A stretch of 64,000 bases of DNA from an uncultured Eubacteriales bacterium (GCA_902476355.1 CABSCS010000007.1:3503-67502); one strand, 5' to 3'; positions 34,923-45,366 are shown, counted from the first letter of the stretch. Notes: generated by a model from the letters alone, not told the origin. Translations and numbers: made by a program.

Positions 34923-36018
34923 ATGGACATTAAAGAAACAATTGCGTCTATGCAGGAAAAGTTGCAACATTCCTGCCATTGTCTTTGACCTTGACAAACT
35001 GAAAAGTCAAAAGTTAGAGATTGAACAAGACCTTCAAAAACCAGAAATATATAATGACTTTGAAAATTCAACAAAACTTTCAAAACGTCTTGCAGAACTG
35101 AATCGTGTTTTAGGCTTTGCTCTTGAAACCAAAGAAGAGGTTGAAACAATTGCAGAACTTTATGACCTTTATCAAGGTTTGGTTCCCGAAGAAGACCAAG
35201 AAAGTTTTGTTCGTTCACTTAAAGATGCCGAAAAAAGTGTTGATAAACTTTATCTTGAAAGTTTATATTCGGGCGAAACCGACCCCAACGATGCTATTGT
35301 AGAAATCCATGCGGGCGCGGGTGGAGAAGAAGCACAAGATTGGGCATCAATGCTTGAAAGAATGTATCTTGGTTTTGCAAAACAACAGGGATATTCTGTT
35401 CGTGAGATATACAAAAACCGTGGCGATGGTGCTGGTTTTAAAAGTGCGGGCTATATTTTTTCGGGCGTCAATGCCTATGGAAACATGAAAAACGAACGCG
35501 GAGTTCATCGCCTTGTTCGAATTTCACCTTTCGACGCATCAAAACGCCGTCACACTTCTTTTGCAAGTGTAGAGGTGAGCCCGGTTGTAACAGAAAAAGA
35601 CATTGTCATCAATCCGGCAGACTTGAAATTTGATATCTATCGCAGTGGTGGCGCTGGCGGACAAAACGTGAATAAAGTTGAAACCGCAGTCCGCATCACA
35701 CACATTCCAACTGGAATTGTTGTTGCATGTCAAAATGAAAGAAGCCAACTTCAAAACAAAGAGATTGCGCTTCAAATGCTCTATGCAAAACTCAAAAGTC
35801 TTGAAGAAGAAAAACGTCAAGCCGAGAAAGACAAACAAATGGGCGAGCGCGCAAAAAATGAGTGGGGCGGACAAATTCGAAGTTATGTTCTTTATCCATA
35901 TCAAATGGTGAAAGACCTTCGAACCAACCATGAAACAAGCGACACAGCCTCGGTTCTTGCAGGCGATATTATGGATTTTATAACAGCCAACCTAATCCGC
36001 ACCGCAAGTGATAAATAA
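34923..36018 (+). CDS. prfB: peptide chain release factor 2 (requires programmed +1 frameshift at 34983-34988)
   Basis: Frame 0 reads [21 protein letters not shown] then TGA. Frame +1 continues [11 protein letters not shown]... with the RF2 SPF motif (RISPFDA) and GGQ ([17 protein letters not shown]). Confidence 0.9.
34983..34989 (+). promoter_or_regulatory. RF2 autoregulatory +1 frameshift site CTT TGA C
   Basis: The canonical CUU-UGA-C heptamer is seen directly. No obvious SD-like element lies 3-6 nt upstream (tcctgccattgt). Confidence 0.85.
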
Positions 36019-36028
36019 GGAAAGAACA

Positions 36029-37054
36029 ATGGAAAAGAAAAAAGATATTTTGATTTTAGGAATTGAAAGTTCGTGCGACGAAACAAGCATTGCTGTTGTG
36101 AAAAACGGCAGAGAGGTTTTGTCAAACGTGATTTCAAGCCAAATTGACATTCACAAACTATATGGCGGGGTTGTTCCTGAAATTGCTTCACGAAATCATG
36201 TCATCAACATTGACGGAGTTATGAAAGAAGCACTTGATGTCGCCGGTGTTACAATTGACGACATTGATGCAATTGCCGTGACCTATGGTGCGGGTCTTCT
36301 TGGCGCACTTATTGTTGGTGTGAACTTTGCAAAAGCGCTTGCCTATGCAACCAAAAAGCCACTTATTGCAGTGAACCATATCGAGGGGCACATTGCGGCA
36401 AACTATATTGAACACAAAAATCTTGAACCGCCATTTGCCTGCTTGATTGTAAGTGGCGGACACACTGCACTTTGCAAAATGGAAACCTATCTCAGCCGTT
36501 CACTTATTGGTACCACAACCGACGATGCAATTGGCGAGGCGTTTGACAAAGTTGCTCGTGAGTGTGGGCTTGAATATCCGGGTGGGCCAAATGTGCAAAA
36601 ACTTGCCCTTTCGGGAAAAAAGAACATTACATTTATCAGTAAACCACATGAGAAACTTAAAGATTTCAACTTTTCATATAGCGGACTTAAAACCGCAGTT
36701 ATAAACTATATCCACAATAAAAAACAACGTGGCGAAGAAGTGAACTATGCCGATGTTTGTTGCTCTTTCCAAGAAGAAGCAGTTTCACAAGTTGTGTTCA
36801 AAGCGGTTGAGGCTTGCAAGAAATATAACCTTAAAACCCTTGTGCTTGCTGGGGGAGTAAGTGCAAACGCTCGTCTTCGCGAAATGGCAACCGAAGAAGG
36901 GAAGAAAGCGGGCATCACTGTTTTATATCCACCTCTCAAACTTTGCACAGATAATGCAGCAATGGTTGCCTCTGCTGGATATTATTCTTTCATCGAGGGC
37001 AAAAACCTTGCAGACCCACTTACTCTTGCGCCATCATCGGTTGTGAAACTATAA
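36029..37054 (+). CDS. tsaD: tRNA N6-adenosine threonylcarbamoyltransferase
   Basis: ILGIESSCDETSIAVV, ..VNHIEGH.., ..LVLAGGVSAN.. are typical TsaD/Gcp blocks. Confidence 0.9.
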   Translation: MEKKKDILILGIESSCDETSIAVVKNGREVLSNVISSQIDIHKLYGGVVPEIASRNHVINIDGVMKEALDVAGVTIDDIDAIAVTYGAGLLGALIVGVNFAKALAYATKKPLIAVNHIEGHIAANYIEHKNLEPPFACLIVSGGHTALCKMETYLSRSLIGTTTDDAIGEAFDKVARECGLEYPGGPNVQKLALSGKKNITFISKPHEKLKDFNFSYSGLKTAVINYIHNKKQRGEEVNYADVCCSFQEEAVSQVVFKAVEACKKYNLKTLVLAGGVSANARLREMATEEGKKAGITVLYPPLKLCTDNAAMVASAGYYSFIEGKNLADPLTLAPSSVVKL

Positions 37055-37106
37055 TTTATATATAATACAAGAGAAAAAAAATAACAAAAAAATAACAAAA
37101 TCGTGC

Positions 37107-37135
37107 TTGACAACAACGCACCCGTGTGTTATTAT
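37107..37135 (+). promoter_or_regulatory. strong promoter of rpmG-secE-nusG
   Basis: TTGACA-17 nt-TATTAT with a TGt extended -10. A-rich UP-like tract upstream. The spacer carries ACGCACCCGTGTGT. Confidence 0.6.
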
Positions 37136-37179
37136 AATAAAGCACTATCCTTCGGGGGTGTTTTTTTAGGAGTAAAATT

Positions 37180-37329
37180 ATGAGAACCAAGATTACACTT
37201 GAATGCACAGAATGCAAACAAAAGAACTATGATAACTATAAAAACAAAAAGAATGATCCAGACCGAATCACTTTGAATAAGTATTGCAGATTTTGCAAAA
37301 AGCACACCGCTCACAAAGAAGCAAAATAA
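37180..37329 (+). CDS. rpmG: 50S ribosomal protein L33
   Basis: Not in the ORF track (49 aa). [49 protein letters not shown], with RBS taggag. Confidence 0.9.
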   Translation: MRTKITLECTECKQKNYDNYKNKKNDPDRITLNKYCRFCKKHTAHKEAK

Positions 37330-37348
37330 TTTATAAGGGAGATACACT

Positions 37349-37639
37349 ATGGCAAAAGTAGAAAAAACTCTTGCAAGCAATACTACCGAAGTTAAAGAAG
37401 TAAAGAAAGACAAACAAGCAAAAGCAAAAAACAAAAAGGTGAAGAATGCAAACGCTCAACCAAAACGCTCTCGTGTTAAAGAGACAATGGGTGAACTTAA
37501 AAAAGTTTCTTGGCCTACTTTTGGCAAGACAATGAAACAAACAGGAATGGTTATTTCTGTTGTTTTGATTTTCACACTTGTTGTTCTTGGAATTGACAGC
37601 CTTCTTGGTTGGCTTCTCAAACTCATCACCAACATTTAA
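37349..37639 (+). CDS. secE: preprotein translocase subunit SecE (Lys-rich N-terminal extension)
   Basis: ..ELKKVSWPT....T..V..VV.....LG.. followed by a single TM. Sits at the conserved rpmG-secE-nusG position. Confidence 0.85.
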   Translation: MAKVEKTLASNTTEVKEVKKDKQAKAKNKKVKNANAQPKRSRVKETMGELKKVSWPTFGKTMKQTGMVISVVLIFTLVVLGIDSLLGWLLKLITNI

Positions 37640-37664
37640 TTTTTAAAAAGGAAAGAAGTGAAAA

Positions 37665-38201
37665 ATGAGTTATAATGAAATTTTAAAAGAAGAGCCAAAG
37701 TGGTATGTGCTTCACACATTCTCTGGCTATGAAAACATGGTTCAAGAAAACCTTTACAAAACAATTGAAAACAACAACCTTCAAGACTTTATTGTTGAAG
37801 TTCGCATTCCAATGGAAGATGCCATTGAAGAAAAGAACGGAAAAAAGAAAGTTGTTCAAAGAAAAATGTTTCCTTGCTATGTTCTTTTGAAAATGAGATA
37901 CACCGACGACCTTTGGCACACAATTGTAAACACTCGTGGTGTTACAGGTTTTGTTGGCCCTGCGGGAAGACCTCTTCCACTCACCGATGAAGAAGTAAGA
38001 AAAATGCGTCTTGAAAAAGTTGCAATTGATCTTAAAGTTGATGTTGGAAACAAAGTTAAAGTTGTTTCTGGCCCACTTGAAGGTTTTGTTGGCGATGTTC
38101 TTTCAGTTGACCAAGCAGAACAAAAATGCAAAGTTTCAGTTGAAATGTTTGGAAGACAAACACCAGTTGATCTTGACTTTGCACAAATCGAAATCATTTA
38201 A
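37665..38201 (+). CDS. nusG: transcription termination/antitermination factor NusG
   Basis: KWYVLHTFSGYEN.., with a C-terminal KOW (GNKVKVVSGPLEGFVGDV). Confidence 0.9.
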   Translation: MSYNEILKEEPKWYVLHTFSGYENMVQENLYKTIENNNLQDFIVEVRIPMEDAIEEKNGKKKVVQRKMFPCYVLLKMRYTDDLWHTIVNTRGVTGFVGPAGRPLPLTDEEVRKMRLEKVAIDLKVDVGNKVKVVSGPLEGFVGDVLSVDQAEQKCKVSVEMFGRQTPVDLDFAQIEII

Positions 38202-38284
38202 TCTCGGACTCATATCCATATATAACGCATGTGCATGTGCACGCGCGAGCCAAAACAGTTGGCAAAACATTTGGTTATTCGCAT

Positions 38285-38386
38285 TTGAGCCTAGGGGTGA
38301 AAATGCTGATAATAATGTGGGAGAGATGAGAATTCTCACACTACACCACAGAAAACACTATATATATTGAAAAAAGGAGAAAAATT
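38285..38386 (+). promoter_or_regulatory. candidate rplKA promoter and leader
   Basis: TTGAGC-17 nt-GATAAT (38285-38313), followed by a GGGAGAGATGAGAATTCTCAC hairpin-forming leader. Could be an L1 autoregulatory mimic, but this is not verified. Confidence 0.3.
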
Positions 38387-38818
38387 ATGGCACCAGTAAA
38401 GAAAATTACAGCCGTTGTTAAACTTCAACTCAATGCCGGAAAAGCAACCGCAGGTCCTCCTGTTGGTTCATCACTTGGTCCTCACGGAATCAACATTCCT
38501 GCATTCGTTAAAGAGTTTAACGAAAAAACAGCATCACAAGAAGGATTCATTATCCCTGTTGAGATGACAATTTATCAAGACCGTTCATTCACTTTCGTTT
38601 TGAAAACCCCACCAGCTGCGGTTCTCATCAAGAAAGCAATCGGAATTGAATCAGGTTCAGGAAAACCAAACACAACAAAAGTCGGAAACATCACAAAAGA
38701 ACAAGTTCGCAAAATTGCAGAAACAAAAATGAAAGACCTCAATGCGAACGATGTTGAAGCAGCAATGCGCATGATCGAAGGAACAGCACGCTCAATGGGC
38801 GTTGTTGTTGTAGACTAG
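38387..38818 (+). CDS. rplK: 50S ribosomal protein L11
   Basis: ..[31 protein letters not shown]. Confidence 0.95.
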   Translation: MAPVKKITAVVKLQLNAGKATAGPPVGSSLGPHGINIPAFVKEFNEKTASQEGFIIPVEMTIYQDRSFTFVLKTPPAAVLIKKAIGIESGSGKPNTTKVGNITKEQVRKIAETKMKDLNANDVEAAMRMIEGTARSMGVVVVD

Positions 38819-38833
38819 TCAAGGAGGCTCGCT

Positions 38834-39514
38834 ATGAAACACGGAAAAAACTATAACGCATCAGCAGAAAAAATCGAGCACCTTAAACTTTATGATGTTA
38901 ACGATGCTCTTAATCTTGCAGTAGAATCTGCAAAAGCAAAATTTGACGAATCAATCGAAATTCACATTAAACTTGGCGTTGACCCTAGAAACGCAGATCA
39001 ACAAGTTCGTGGATCAGTTGTTCTTCCAAACGGAACTGGTAAATCAAAGAAAGTTCTTGTAATTGCAAAAGGCGACAAGGCTGACATTGCAAAAGCAGAA
39101 GGCGCAGATTTCGTTGGCGCAGAAGAAATGATTGACAAAATCATGAAAGAAAACTGGCTTGGATTTGACGCATGTATCACAACCCCAGACATGATGGGAC
39201 TTGTTGGTCGTGTTGCGAGAGTTCTTGGACCTCGTGGTCTTATGCCAAACCCAAAAAGTGGAACTGTAACTCCTGACGTTGCAAAAGCAATCAAAGATAT
39301 CAAGGCTGGTAAAGTTGAATATCGTCTTGACAAATTTGGTATCATCCACTGCATCATTGGTAAAAAGAGTTTCGGGGTTGAAAAACTTCGTGAAAACCTT
39401 GACACTTTGATGGACGCTATCATCAAAGCAAAACCACAAGCAGCAAAAGGACAATATATCAAATCTGTTTCTGTTGCAAGCACAATGGGACCTGGAATCA
39501 AAGTTAAATTCTAA
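38834..39514 (+). CDS. rplA: 50S ribosomal protein L1
   Basis: ..[34 protein letters not shown].. Confidence 0.95.
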   Translation: MKHGKNYNASAEKIEHLKLYDVNDALNLAVESAKAKFDESIEIHIKLGVDPRNADQQVRGSVVLPNGTGKSKKVLVIAKGDKADIAKAEGADFVGAEEMIDKIMKENWLGFDACITTPDMMGLVGRVARVLGPRGLMPNPKSGTVTPDVAKAIKDIKAGKVEYRLDKFGIIHCIIGKKSFGVEKLRENLDTLMDAIIKAKPQAAKGQYIKSVSVASTMGPGIKVKF

Positions 39515-39517
39515 TTT

Positions 39518-39549
39518 TAAAAAGCATGAAATTTTTCATGCTTTTTTTA
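39518..39549 (+). terminator. rho-independent terminator after rplA
   Basis: aaagcatgaaa-ttt-ttcatgcttt followed by T run. Confidence 0.8.
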
Positions 39550-39700
39550 TTACATAAATCACGATTTTGCCTTTCATATTTTTTCTTGTATATATCAATA
39601 TATATAACAAATCAAAATTCGTGTTAGTGAAAGAAAATATGGGATTTTTTTATTGCGCGAAAAAAATATTAAAATTTGTCAAAATATTTTCAAAAAACTC

Positions 39701-39729
39701 TTGACACGCACCCGTGTGTATAGTACAAT
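39701..39729 (+). promoter_or_regulatory. promoter of the S10 operon
   Basis: TTGACA-17 nt-TACAAT. The spacer carries the same ACGCACCCGTGTGT 14-mer as the rpmG promoter. Confidence 0.6.
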
Positions 39730-39735
39730 AAATAG

Positions 39736-39908
39736 GCTGTAATTTGGGAAGATGCGGAAGGTTACTCATGAGCCTTGATTGAGAGAACTTTCGTTGACAA
39801 GTCAAAACACGATTTTGGCGACAGGCAGAAGTGGCAAGTGTTATCCAATGGCTTACAGTTTGGAGTCCACTTCACCGTGCTTGGTTATATATACTTGGAG
39901 GTTAAAAC
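39736..39908 (+). promoter_or_regulatory. structured 5' leader of the S10 operon (candidate r-protein autoregulatory leader)
   Basis: A ~170-nt untranslated leader. Long-range complementarity (ctgtaa/ttacag; tttgg/ccaat) and internal hairpins. Position matches known L4-regulated S10 leaders. Confidence 0.4.
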
Positions 39909-40217
39909 ATGGCAACACAAAAAATCAGAATTAAGTTAAAAGCTTATGACCACAACCTTGTTGATGAATCTGCTGCAAGAATTGTGGAAACTGCTAAAAA
40001 AGCAGGTGCAAAGGTTTCAGGACCTATTCCTATGCCAACTGAAAAAGAAGTTGTAACAATTCTTCGTTCAGTGCACAAACATAAAGATTCAAGAGAACAA
40101 TTCGAAATGAGAACACATAAAAGGGTTATTGATATTTTCAATCCATCATCAAAGACCGTTGATTCACTTATGAAAATCGATCTTCCAGCTGGCGTTGATA
40201 TCAATATCAAATTATAA
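39909..40217 (+). CDS. rpsJ: 30S ribosomal protein S10
   Basis: [17 protein letters not shown]......V. Conserved position. Confidence 0.95.
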   Translation: MATQKIRIKLKAYDHNLVDESAARIVETAKKAGAKVSGPIPMPTEKEVVTILRSVHKHKDSREQFEMRTHKRVIDIFNPSSKTVDSLMKIDLPAGVDINIKL

Positions 40218-40237
40218 GGTCGGAGGAAGTGAAAATT

Positions 40238-40867
40238 ATGAATAAAGCGATATTGGGCAAAAAAATTGGCATGTCACAAATTTTTACAGATGCCGGTCAA
40301 GTTATTCCAGTAACTGTTGTTGAAGCTGGCCCTTGCCAAGTTTCACAAATCAAAACAAACGAAAAAGACGGATACAATGCAGTTCAACTTGCTTTTGTTG
40401 ATAAGAAACAAAATCAAGTTACAAAACCAGAAGCAGGACACTTCAAAAAAGCAAACATTGCTCCAAAGAAATATTTGAAAGAATTCAAAATTTCAGCAGA
40501 AGGTCTCAATCTTGGAAGTGAACTTAAATGCGATGTATTCACAGTTGGCGACAAAGTTGACGTTTCAGGTTTTACTCGCGGTCACGGTTTCTCTGGCGTT
40601 ATCAAAAGATGGAACGCTCATGGACTTGATGCAAGCCATGGTATTGGACCTGTTCACCGTTCACCTGGTTCACTTGCTGCTAACTCAGACCCATCAAGAG
40701 TTTTCAAAAACAGAAAACTTCCTGGTCAATACGGTAACGAAAAAGTTACAATTCAAAATCTCGAAATTGCAAAAGTTGATGTTGACAGAAATCTTCTTTT
40801 CATCAAAGGAGCAATCCCTGGTGCAAAAGGTGCTGTTGTAACAATCTGCTCAGCAGTTAAGGCATAA
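40238..40867 (+). CDS. rplC: 50S ribosomal protein L3
   Basis: ..ILGKKIGMSQIFT..G..IPVTVVEAGPC.V.Q.K. The ATG at 40238 has proper SD spacing. Confidence 0.95.
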   Translation: MNKAILGKKIGMSQIFTDAGQVIPVTVVEAGPCQVSQIKTNEKDGYNAVQLAFVDKKQNQVTKPEAGHFKKANIAPKKYLKEFKISAEGLNLGSELKCDVFTVGDKVDVSGFTRGHGFSGVIKRWNAHGLDASHGIGPVHRSPGSLAANSDPSRVFKNRKLPGQYGNEKVTIQNLEIAKVDVDRNLLFIKGAIPGAKGAVVTICSAVKA

Positions 40868-40884
40868 GGCAGGAGGAAAATATT

Positions 40885-41505
40885 ATGCAGACTAAACTTT
40901 ATAACATTAACGGCGAAGAAGTTGGCAAACTTAGTCTTAGCGATCAAGTTTTCAAAGCGCCTTATAATGAAGCTCTCATTCACCAAATCATTGTTGCATA
41001 TCTTGCAAATCAAAGACAAGGCACAAAGAGCACTCTCACCAGAAGCGAAGTTCGCGGTGGTGGAAGAAAACCTTGGAAACAAAAAGGAACCGGAAATGCT
41101 CGTCAAGGATCAATCCGTGCTCCACAATGGATCAAGGGTGGAGTTGTATTTGCTCCAAAACCAAGAGATTTCTCAAAGAAAGTTAACAAGCAAATGAAAC
41201 GCGCTGCATTTGTTTCAGCAATTTCAACTTGCCTTGCAGAAAAATGTCTTGTTGTTGTTGACGCTCTCGAATTCGCAGAGCCAAAAACAAAAGAAATGGT
41301 TTCTGTTTTGAACAATCTCAAACTTGACAAAAGAGTTACAATCGTTACTAACGGTGTAAACCAAAACGTTGTTTTGTCAGCGGCTAACCTTCCTCTTGTG
41401 AATGTTACAACTGCTGATCAACTTAACACCTATGACATTGTAGTTTCAGACAAACTCCTTGTAACAAAGGATGCTATCAAAGCAATTGAGGAGGCTTGCA
41501 AATAA
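40885..41505 (+). CDS. rplD: 50S ribosomal protein L4
   Basis: ..RQGT.STLTRSEVRGGGRKPWKQKGTGNARQGSIRAPQW..GG..F.PKPRD. Confidence 0.95.
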   Translation: MQTKLYNINGEEVGKLSLSDQVFKAPYNEALIHQIIVAYLANQRQGTKSTLTRSEVRGGGRKPWKQKGTGNARQGSIRAPQWIKGGVVFAPKPRDFSKKVNKQMKRAAFVSAISTCLAEKCLVVVDALEFAEPKTKEMVSVLNNLKLDKRVTIVTNGVNQNVVLSAANLPLVNVTTADQLNTYDIVVSDKLLVTKDAIKAIEEACK

Positions 41506-41795
41506 TGACTAATCATGACATTATCAGAAGACCTATCCTTTCTGAAAAGAGTTATGGCGACATTGCAAACAAGAAATATACTTTCGAAGTTGCAAAAGAG
41601 GCAAACAAAACTCAAATCAAGAAAGCAGTTGAGGAAATCTTCAAAGTTAAAGTAGAAAGCGTAAACATTTCAAATGTATACGGAAAAATTAAAAGACAAG
41701 GAAAGCACGAAGGACTTACTGGTTCATATAAAAAGGCTATCGTTCAACTTACAGCAGATAGCAAAACCATTGAATTCTTTGATAGTTTATCATAA
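41505..41795 (+). CDS. rplW: 50S ribosomal protein L23
   Basis: ..DIIRRPILSEKS......KYTFEV...ANKTQIKKAVEEIF.VKV..VN. Start could alternatively be the TTG at 41496. Confidence 0.9.
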   Translation: MTNHDIIRRPILSEKSYGDIANKKYTFEVAKEANKTQIKKAVEEIFKVKVESVNISNVYGKIKRQGKHEGLTGSYKKAIVQLTADSKTIEFFDSLS

Positions 41796-41813
41796 TAGAG
41801 GGGAGATATAATT

Positions 41814-42641
41814 ATGGCATTAAAAAGATTTAAGCCGATAACCGCTGGTACAAGAGGAAAAACTTCTCCATCTTTCGAAGAAATTACAACCTCTACTCCT
41901 GAAAAATCTCTTCTTGCTACAAAGAAGAAATCAGGTGGAAGAAACCATGCTGGAAGAATCACAGTTCGTCACATTGGTGGCGGAAACCGTCAAAAATACA
42001 GAGTTATCGATTTTAAAAGAGATAAAGACAATGTTCCTGCAAAAGTTGCTTCAATTGAATATGATCCAAACAGATCAGCATATATTGCACTTTTGAACTA
42101 TGCAGACGGTGAAAAAAGATACATCCTTGCTCCTGTTGGCCTTAATGTTGGCGACACAGTAATGAGCGGAGCAAACGCAGAAATTAAAGTTGGAAACACA
42201 CTTGCACTTGACAACATTCCTGTTGGTTCAGTTGTTCACAACATTGAATTCCATCCAGGTCGTGGTGGTCAAATTGCAAGAAGTGCTGGAATCTCTGCAC
42301 AATACATGGCAAAAGAAGGCAGATATGCAACACTTCGTATGCCATCTGGCGAAATGAGAAAAGTTCTTGTAACTTGCCGTGCAACAATCGGACAAGTTGG
42401 AAACGTTGAACACGAAATTGTTTCTCTTGGTAAAGCCGGAAGAAAACGTCATATGGGCGTTAGACCAACAGTTCGTGGTTCTGTTATGAACCCAGTTGAC
42501 CACCCACATGGTGGTGGTGAAGGTAAATCACCAGTTGGACATGCTGGTCCTATGACTCCTTGGGGTAAACCTGCAATGGGTTATAAGACTCGTAAAAAGA
42601 AAAATAATACTGATAAGTTTATTGTTAAACGCATCAATTAG
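41814..42641 (+). CDS. rplB: 50S ribosomal protein L2
   Basis: ..GGRN..GRIT.RH.GGG.....R.IDF.R.., ..HPHGGGEG.. Confidence 0.95.
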   Translation: MALKRFKPITAGTRGKTSPSFEEITTSTPEKSLLATKKKSGGRNHAGRITVRHIGGGNRQKYRVIDFKRDKDNVPAKVASIEYDPNRSAYIALLNYADGEKRYILAPVGLNVGDTVMSGANAEIKVGNTLALDNIPVGSVVHNIEFHPGRGGQIARSAGISAQYMAKEGRYATLRMPSGEMRKVLVTCRATIGQVGNVEHEIVSLGKAGRKRHMGVRPTVRGSVMNPVDHPHGGGEGKSPVGHAGPMTPWGKPAMGYKTRKKKNNTDKFIVKRIN

Positions 42642-42652
42642 GAGAGGAAATT

Positions 42653-42946
42653 ATGAGTAGAAGTGTTAAAAAAGGTCCTTTCGTTGCAGAATCTCTTGTA
42701 AAAAAGATTGACGCAATGAACGAATCGCAAGAAAAACATGTTGTAAAAACATGGTCTCGTTCATCAACTATCATTCCTTCAATGGTTGGACATACCGTTG
42801 GCGTTTATGATGGAAGAAAACATGTTCCAGTTTATATTTCCTCTGAAATGGTTGGATATAAACTTGGAGAATTTGCTCCAACAAGAACTTTTAAAGGTCA
42901 TAAAGGAGCAAAAACAACAACAACTGCACCAGGAGGAAAGAAATAA
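42653..42946 (+). CDS. rpsS: 30S ribosomal protein S19
   Basis: [11 protein letters not shown].......TWSR.STI.P.MVGHT..VY.G..H.PV. Confidence 0.95.
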   Translation: MSRSVKKGPFVAESLVKKIDAMNESQEKHVVKTWSRSSTIIPSMVGHTVGVYDGRKHVPVYISSEMVGYKLGEFAPTRTFKGHKGAKTTTTAPGGKK

Positions 42947-43335
42947 TGGCAACAAGAATGCGTGAAAAAGCAATTGCAAGAAAAGAAAACGCAGACAAAC
43001 GCGCTAAGGCAGTTGCAAAATATATCAGAATTTCTCCTTCAAAAGTAAGAATCGTGCTCGATGTTATTCGTGGCAAAAAATATGAAGAGGCTGTTGCAAT
43101 CCTTAAAAACATGCCAAATTCAGGTGCTGAATATGTTGTAAAAGTTCTTGAAAGTGCAGGCGCTAACGCTGAAAACAATCTTGGACTTAACAAAGCAGAT
43201 CTTGTTGTTGCTGAAACCTATGTTGACGGTGGTGCAACACTTAAAAGATTTCAACCTGTAAGCAAGGGAAGAGCACACTCAATCAAGAAACGCACAAGCA
43301 ATATCACAGTTATTCTTGATGTTGCAAAGGCTTAG
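42946..43335 (+). CDS. rplV: 50S ribosomal protein L22
   Basis: ..ISPSKVRIVLDVIRGK....A..IL. Conserved operon position. Confidence 0.95.
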   Translation: MATRMREKAIARKENADKRAKAVAKYIRISPSKVRIVLDVIRGKKYEEAVAILKNMPNSGAEYVVKVLESAGANAENNLGLNKADLVVAETYVDGGATLKRFQPVSKGRAHSIKKRTSNITVILDVAKA

Positions 43336-43344
43336 GAGGACACT

Positions 43345-44013
43345 ATGGGACAAAAAGTTAATCCTGTTGGAATGAGAGTTGGTATCAATAAGGATTGGGA
43401 AAGCAAATGGTTTGCAAACAAAAAAGATTTTGCTGCTAACATCCTTGAAGATAACAAAATTCGTAAAGAAATTGAAAATAACTATAAAAACTGTGGAATT
43501 TCAAAAGTTGTAATTGAAAGAAACGCACAAAGCGTTACAGTAACTTTGAACACCGCAAGACCTGGAATGGTAATCGGTCAAAAAGGTGCTGGGGTTGAAG
43601 CAATGAAAGCAAGACTTCAAAAACTTACTGGCAAAAACATCAATATCAACGTTGTTGAAATCAAAAACCCAGACCTTGACGCACAACTTGTTGCAGAAAG
43701 CATTGCATCTCAACTTGACCAAAGAGTTGGATTCCGTCGTGCTATGAAACAAGCATTGGCAAGATGCCAAAAAGCAGGCGTTAAAGGTATCAAAATCATG
43801 CTTGGTGGTCGTCTTGATGGTGCTGAAATCGCAAGAAGCGAGTTCTATCAAGATGGTTCTCTTCCACTTCAAACACTCCGTGCAGACATTGACTATGGTT
43901 TTGCAGAGGCTCACGTTTCTGGAAAACTTGGCGTTAAAGTTTGGATCTATAAGGGTGAAATTTTGAACAAGAAGAACCACGCTAGAGGAGGAAACAATCA
44001 TGTTGATGCCTAA
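43345..44013 (+). CDS. rpsC: 30S ribosomal protein S3
   Basis: [19 protein letters not shown].., with KH and C-terminal domains. Confidence 0.95.
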   Translation: MGQKVNPVGMRVGINKDWESKWFANKKDFAANILEDNKIRKEIENNYKNCGISKVVIERNAQSVTVTLNTARPGMVIGQKGAGVEAMKARLQKLTGKNININVVEIKNPDLDAQLVAESIASQLDQRVGFRRAMKQALARCQKAGVKGIKIMLGGRLDGAEIARSEFYQDGSLPLQTLRADIDYGFAEAHVSGKLGVKVWIYKGEILNKKNHARGGNNHVDA

Positions 44014-44443
44014 AAGAGTTAAAAGAAGAAGAGTTCAACGCGGAAGAATGACCGGAAAGGCAACCCGCGGAAACCAAATCTGTCATGGTGAATATGGCAT
44101 TGTTGCAATGGAACCATGTTGGATTACATCAAACCAAATCGAAGCCGCTCGTATTGCTATGACTCGTTATACAAAACGTGGTGGTCAAGTTTGGATCAAC
44201 ATTTTCCCTCACAAACCAGTTACAAAAAAACCTGCTGAAACTCGTATGGGTTCTGGTAAAGGTTCACCTGAATTTTGGGTTGCCGTTGTTAAACCAGGCA
44301 GAGTAATGTTTGAAATTGGCGGAGTTAAAGAGGAAATATGCATCGAGGCTTTGAAACGTGCTACATACAAATTGCCTTGCAAAGTTAAAATTGTTAAAAA
44401 AGCAGATTTAGAGGCTGCTGAAAATCAAGGGGAGGATAAATAA
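44000..44443 (+). CDS. rplP: 50S ribosomal protein L16
   Basis: MLMPKRVK.R...RGRM.G.A.RG... Confidence 0.95.
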   Translation: MLMPKRVKRRRVQRGRMTGKATRGNQICHGEYGIVAMEPCWITSNQIEAARIAMTRYTKRGGQVWINIFPHKPVTKKPAETRMGSGKGSPEFWVAVVKPGRVMFEIGGVKEEICIEALKRATYKLPCKVKIVKKADLEAAENQGEDK

Positions 44444-44691
44444 TGGCTGAGAATTTTACAAATATGACTGATAAAGAACTTGCAACCAAACTTGCAAATC
44501 TTAAAGCAGAACTTTTCAATTTGCGTTTTTCTCATGCAACTGGCAACTTGACCAATCCTCTCGCACTTAGAAAATGCAAAAGAGACATTGCAAAAGTTAA
44601 AACTGTAATGCGTGAAAGAGAACTCGGAATTGCAAAAAGCAGTCCTGCCATAGCAGAGACTAAAAAAGCAACAAAAAAGGCAAGAGGTTAA
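44443..44691 (+). CDS. rpmC: 50S ribosomal protein L29 (short Lys-rich C-terminal extension)
   Basis: ..ELF.LRF..ATG.L.NP......KRDIA...T. Conserved operon position. Confidence 0.9.
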   Translation: MAENFTNMTDKELATKLANLKAELFNLRFSHATGNLTNPLALRKCKRDIAKVKTVMRERELGIAKSSPAIAETKKATKKARG

Positions 44692-44697
44692 TAAGTT

Positions 44698-44970
44698 ATG
44701 GCAAATGTTGAAAATCAAGAGAGAAATCTCAGAAAGAAAAGAATTGGTGTTGTTTCATCAAACAAGATGGACAAAACAGTTGTTGTAGAAGTGCATGAAA
44801 AAATCAAGCACCCAATCTATAAGAAAACAATGAACAAAACAACCAAGTTCGTTGCTCATGATGAGAAGAACGAATGTGATATCGGTGATACAGTCGAAAT
44901 CGCTGAAACACGCCCACTTTCAAAAAGCAAAAGATGGCGTTTGGTTCGTATCGTTGAGAAAGTTAGATAA
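44698..44970 (+). CDS. rpsQ: 30S ribosomal protein S17
   Basis: ..R.GVV.S.KM.KT.VV.V....H..Y.K......K...HDE.N.C..GD.V.I.ETRPLSK.K. Confidence 0.95.
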   Translation: MANVENQERNLRKKRIGVVSSNKMDKTVVVEVHEKIKHPIYKKTMNKTTKFVAHDEKNECDIGDTVEIAETRPLSKSKRWRLVRIVEKVR

Positions 44971-44987
44971 TATAGGGGAGAAAGATT

Positions 44988-45356
44988 ATGATTCAACCAC
45001 AAACAAGATTAAAGGTTGCTGATAACACTGGCGCAAAAGAAATTATGTGTATTCGTGTTCTTGGCGGATCATTTAGAAGAAGTGGCAACATTGGCGACAT
45101 TATCGTTGCTTCTGTAAAGTCTGCTATCCCTGGTGGTTCTGTTAAGAAAGGTGATGTTGTAAAGGCTGTTATCGTTCGTTCAACAAAAGGAATTAAACGT
45201 GCAGACGGAAGCCACATCAGATTCGATGACAACGCTGCTGTTATTATTGATAACTCAAAACAACCAAAAGGTACTCGTATCTTTGGACCTATTGCTCGTG
45301 AACTTCGTGATAAAGATTTCATGAAAATTATTTCACTTGCACCAGAAGTAATTTAG
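44988..45356 (+). CDS. rplN: 50S ribosomal protein L14
   Basis: [27 protein letters not shown]. Confidence 0.95.
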   Translation: MIQPQTRLKVADNTGAKEIMCIRVLGGSFRRSGNIGDIIVASVKSAIPGGSVKKGDVVKAVIVRSTKGIKRADGSHIRFDDNAAVIIDNSKQPKGTRIFGPIARELRDKDFMKIISLAPEVI

Positions 45357-45366
45357 GAGGATCGCT

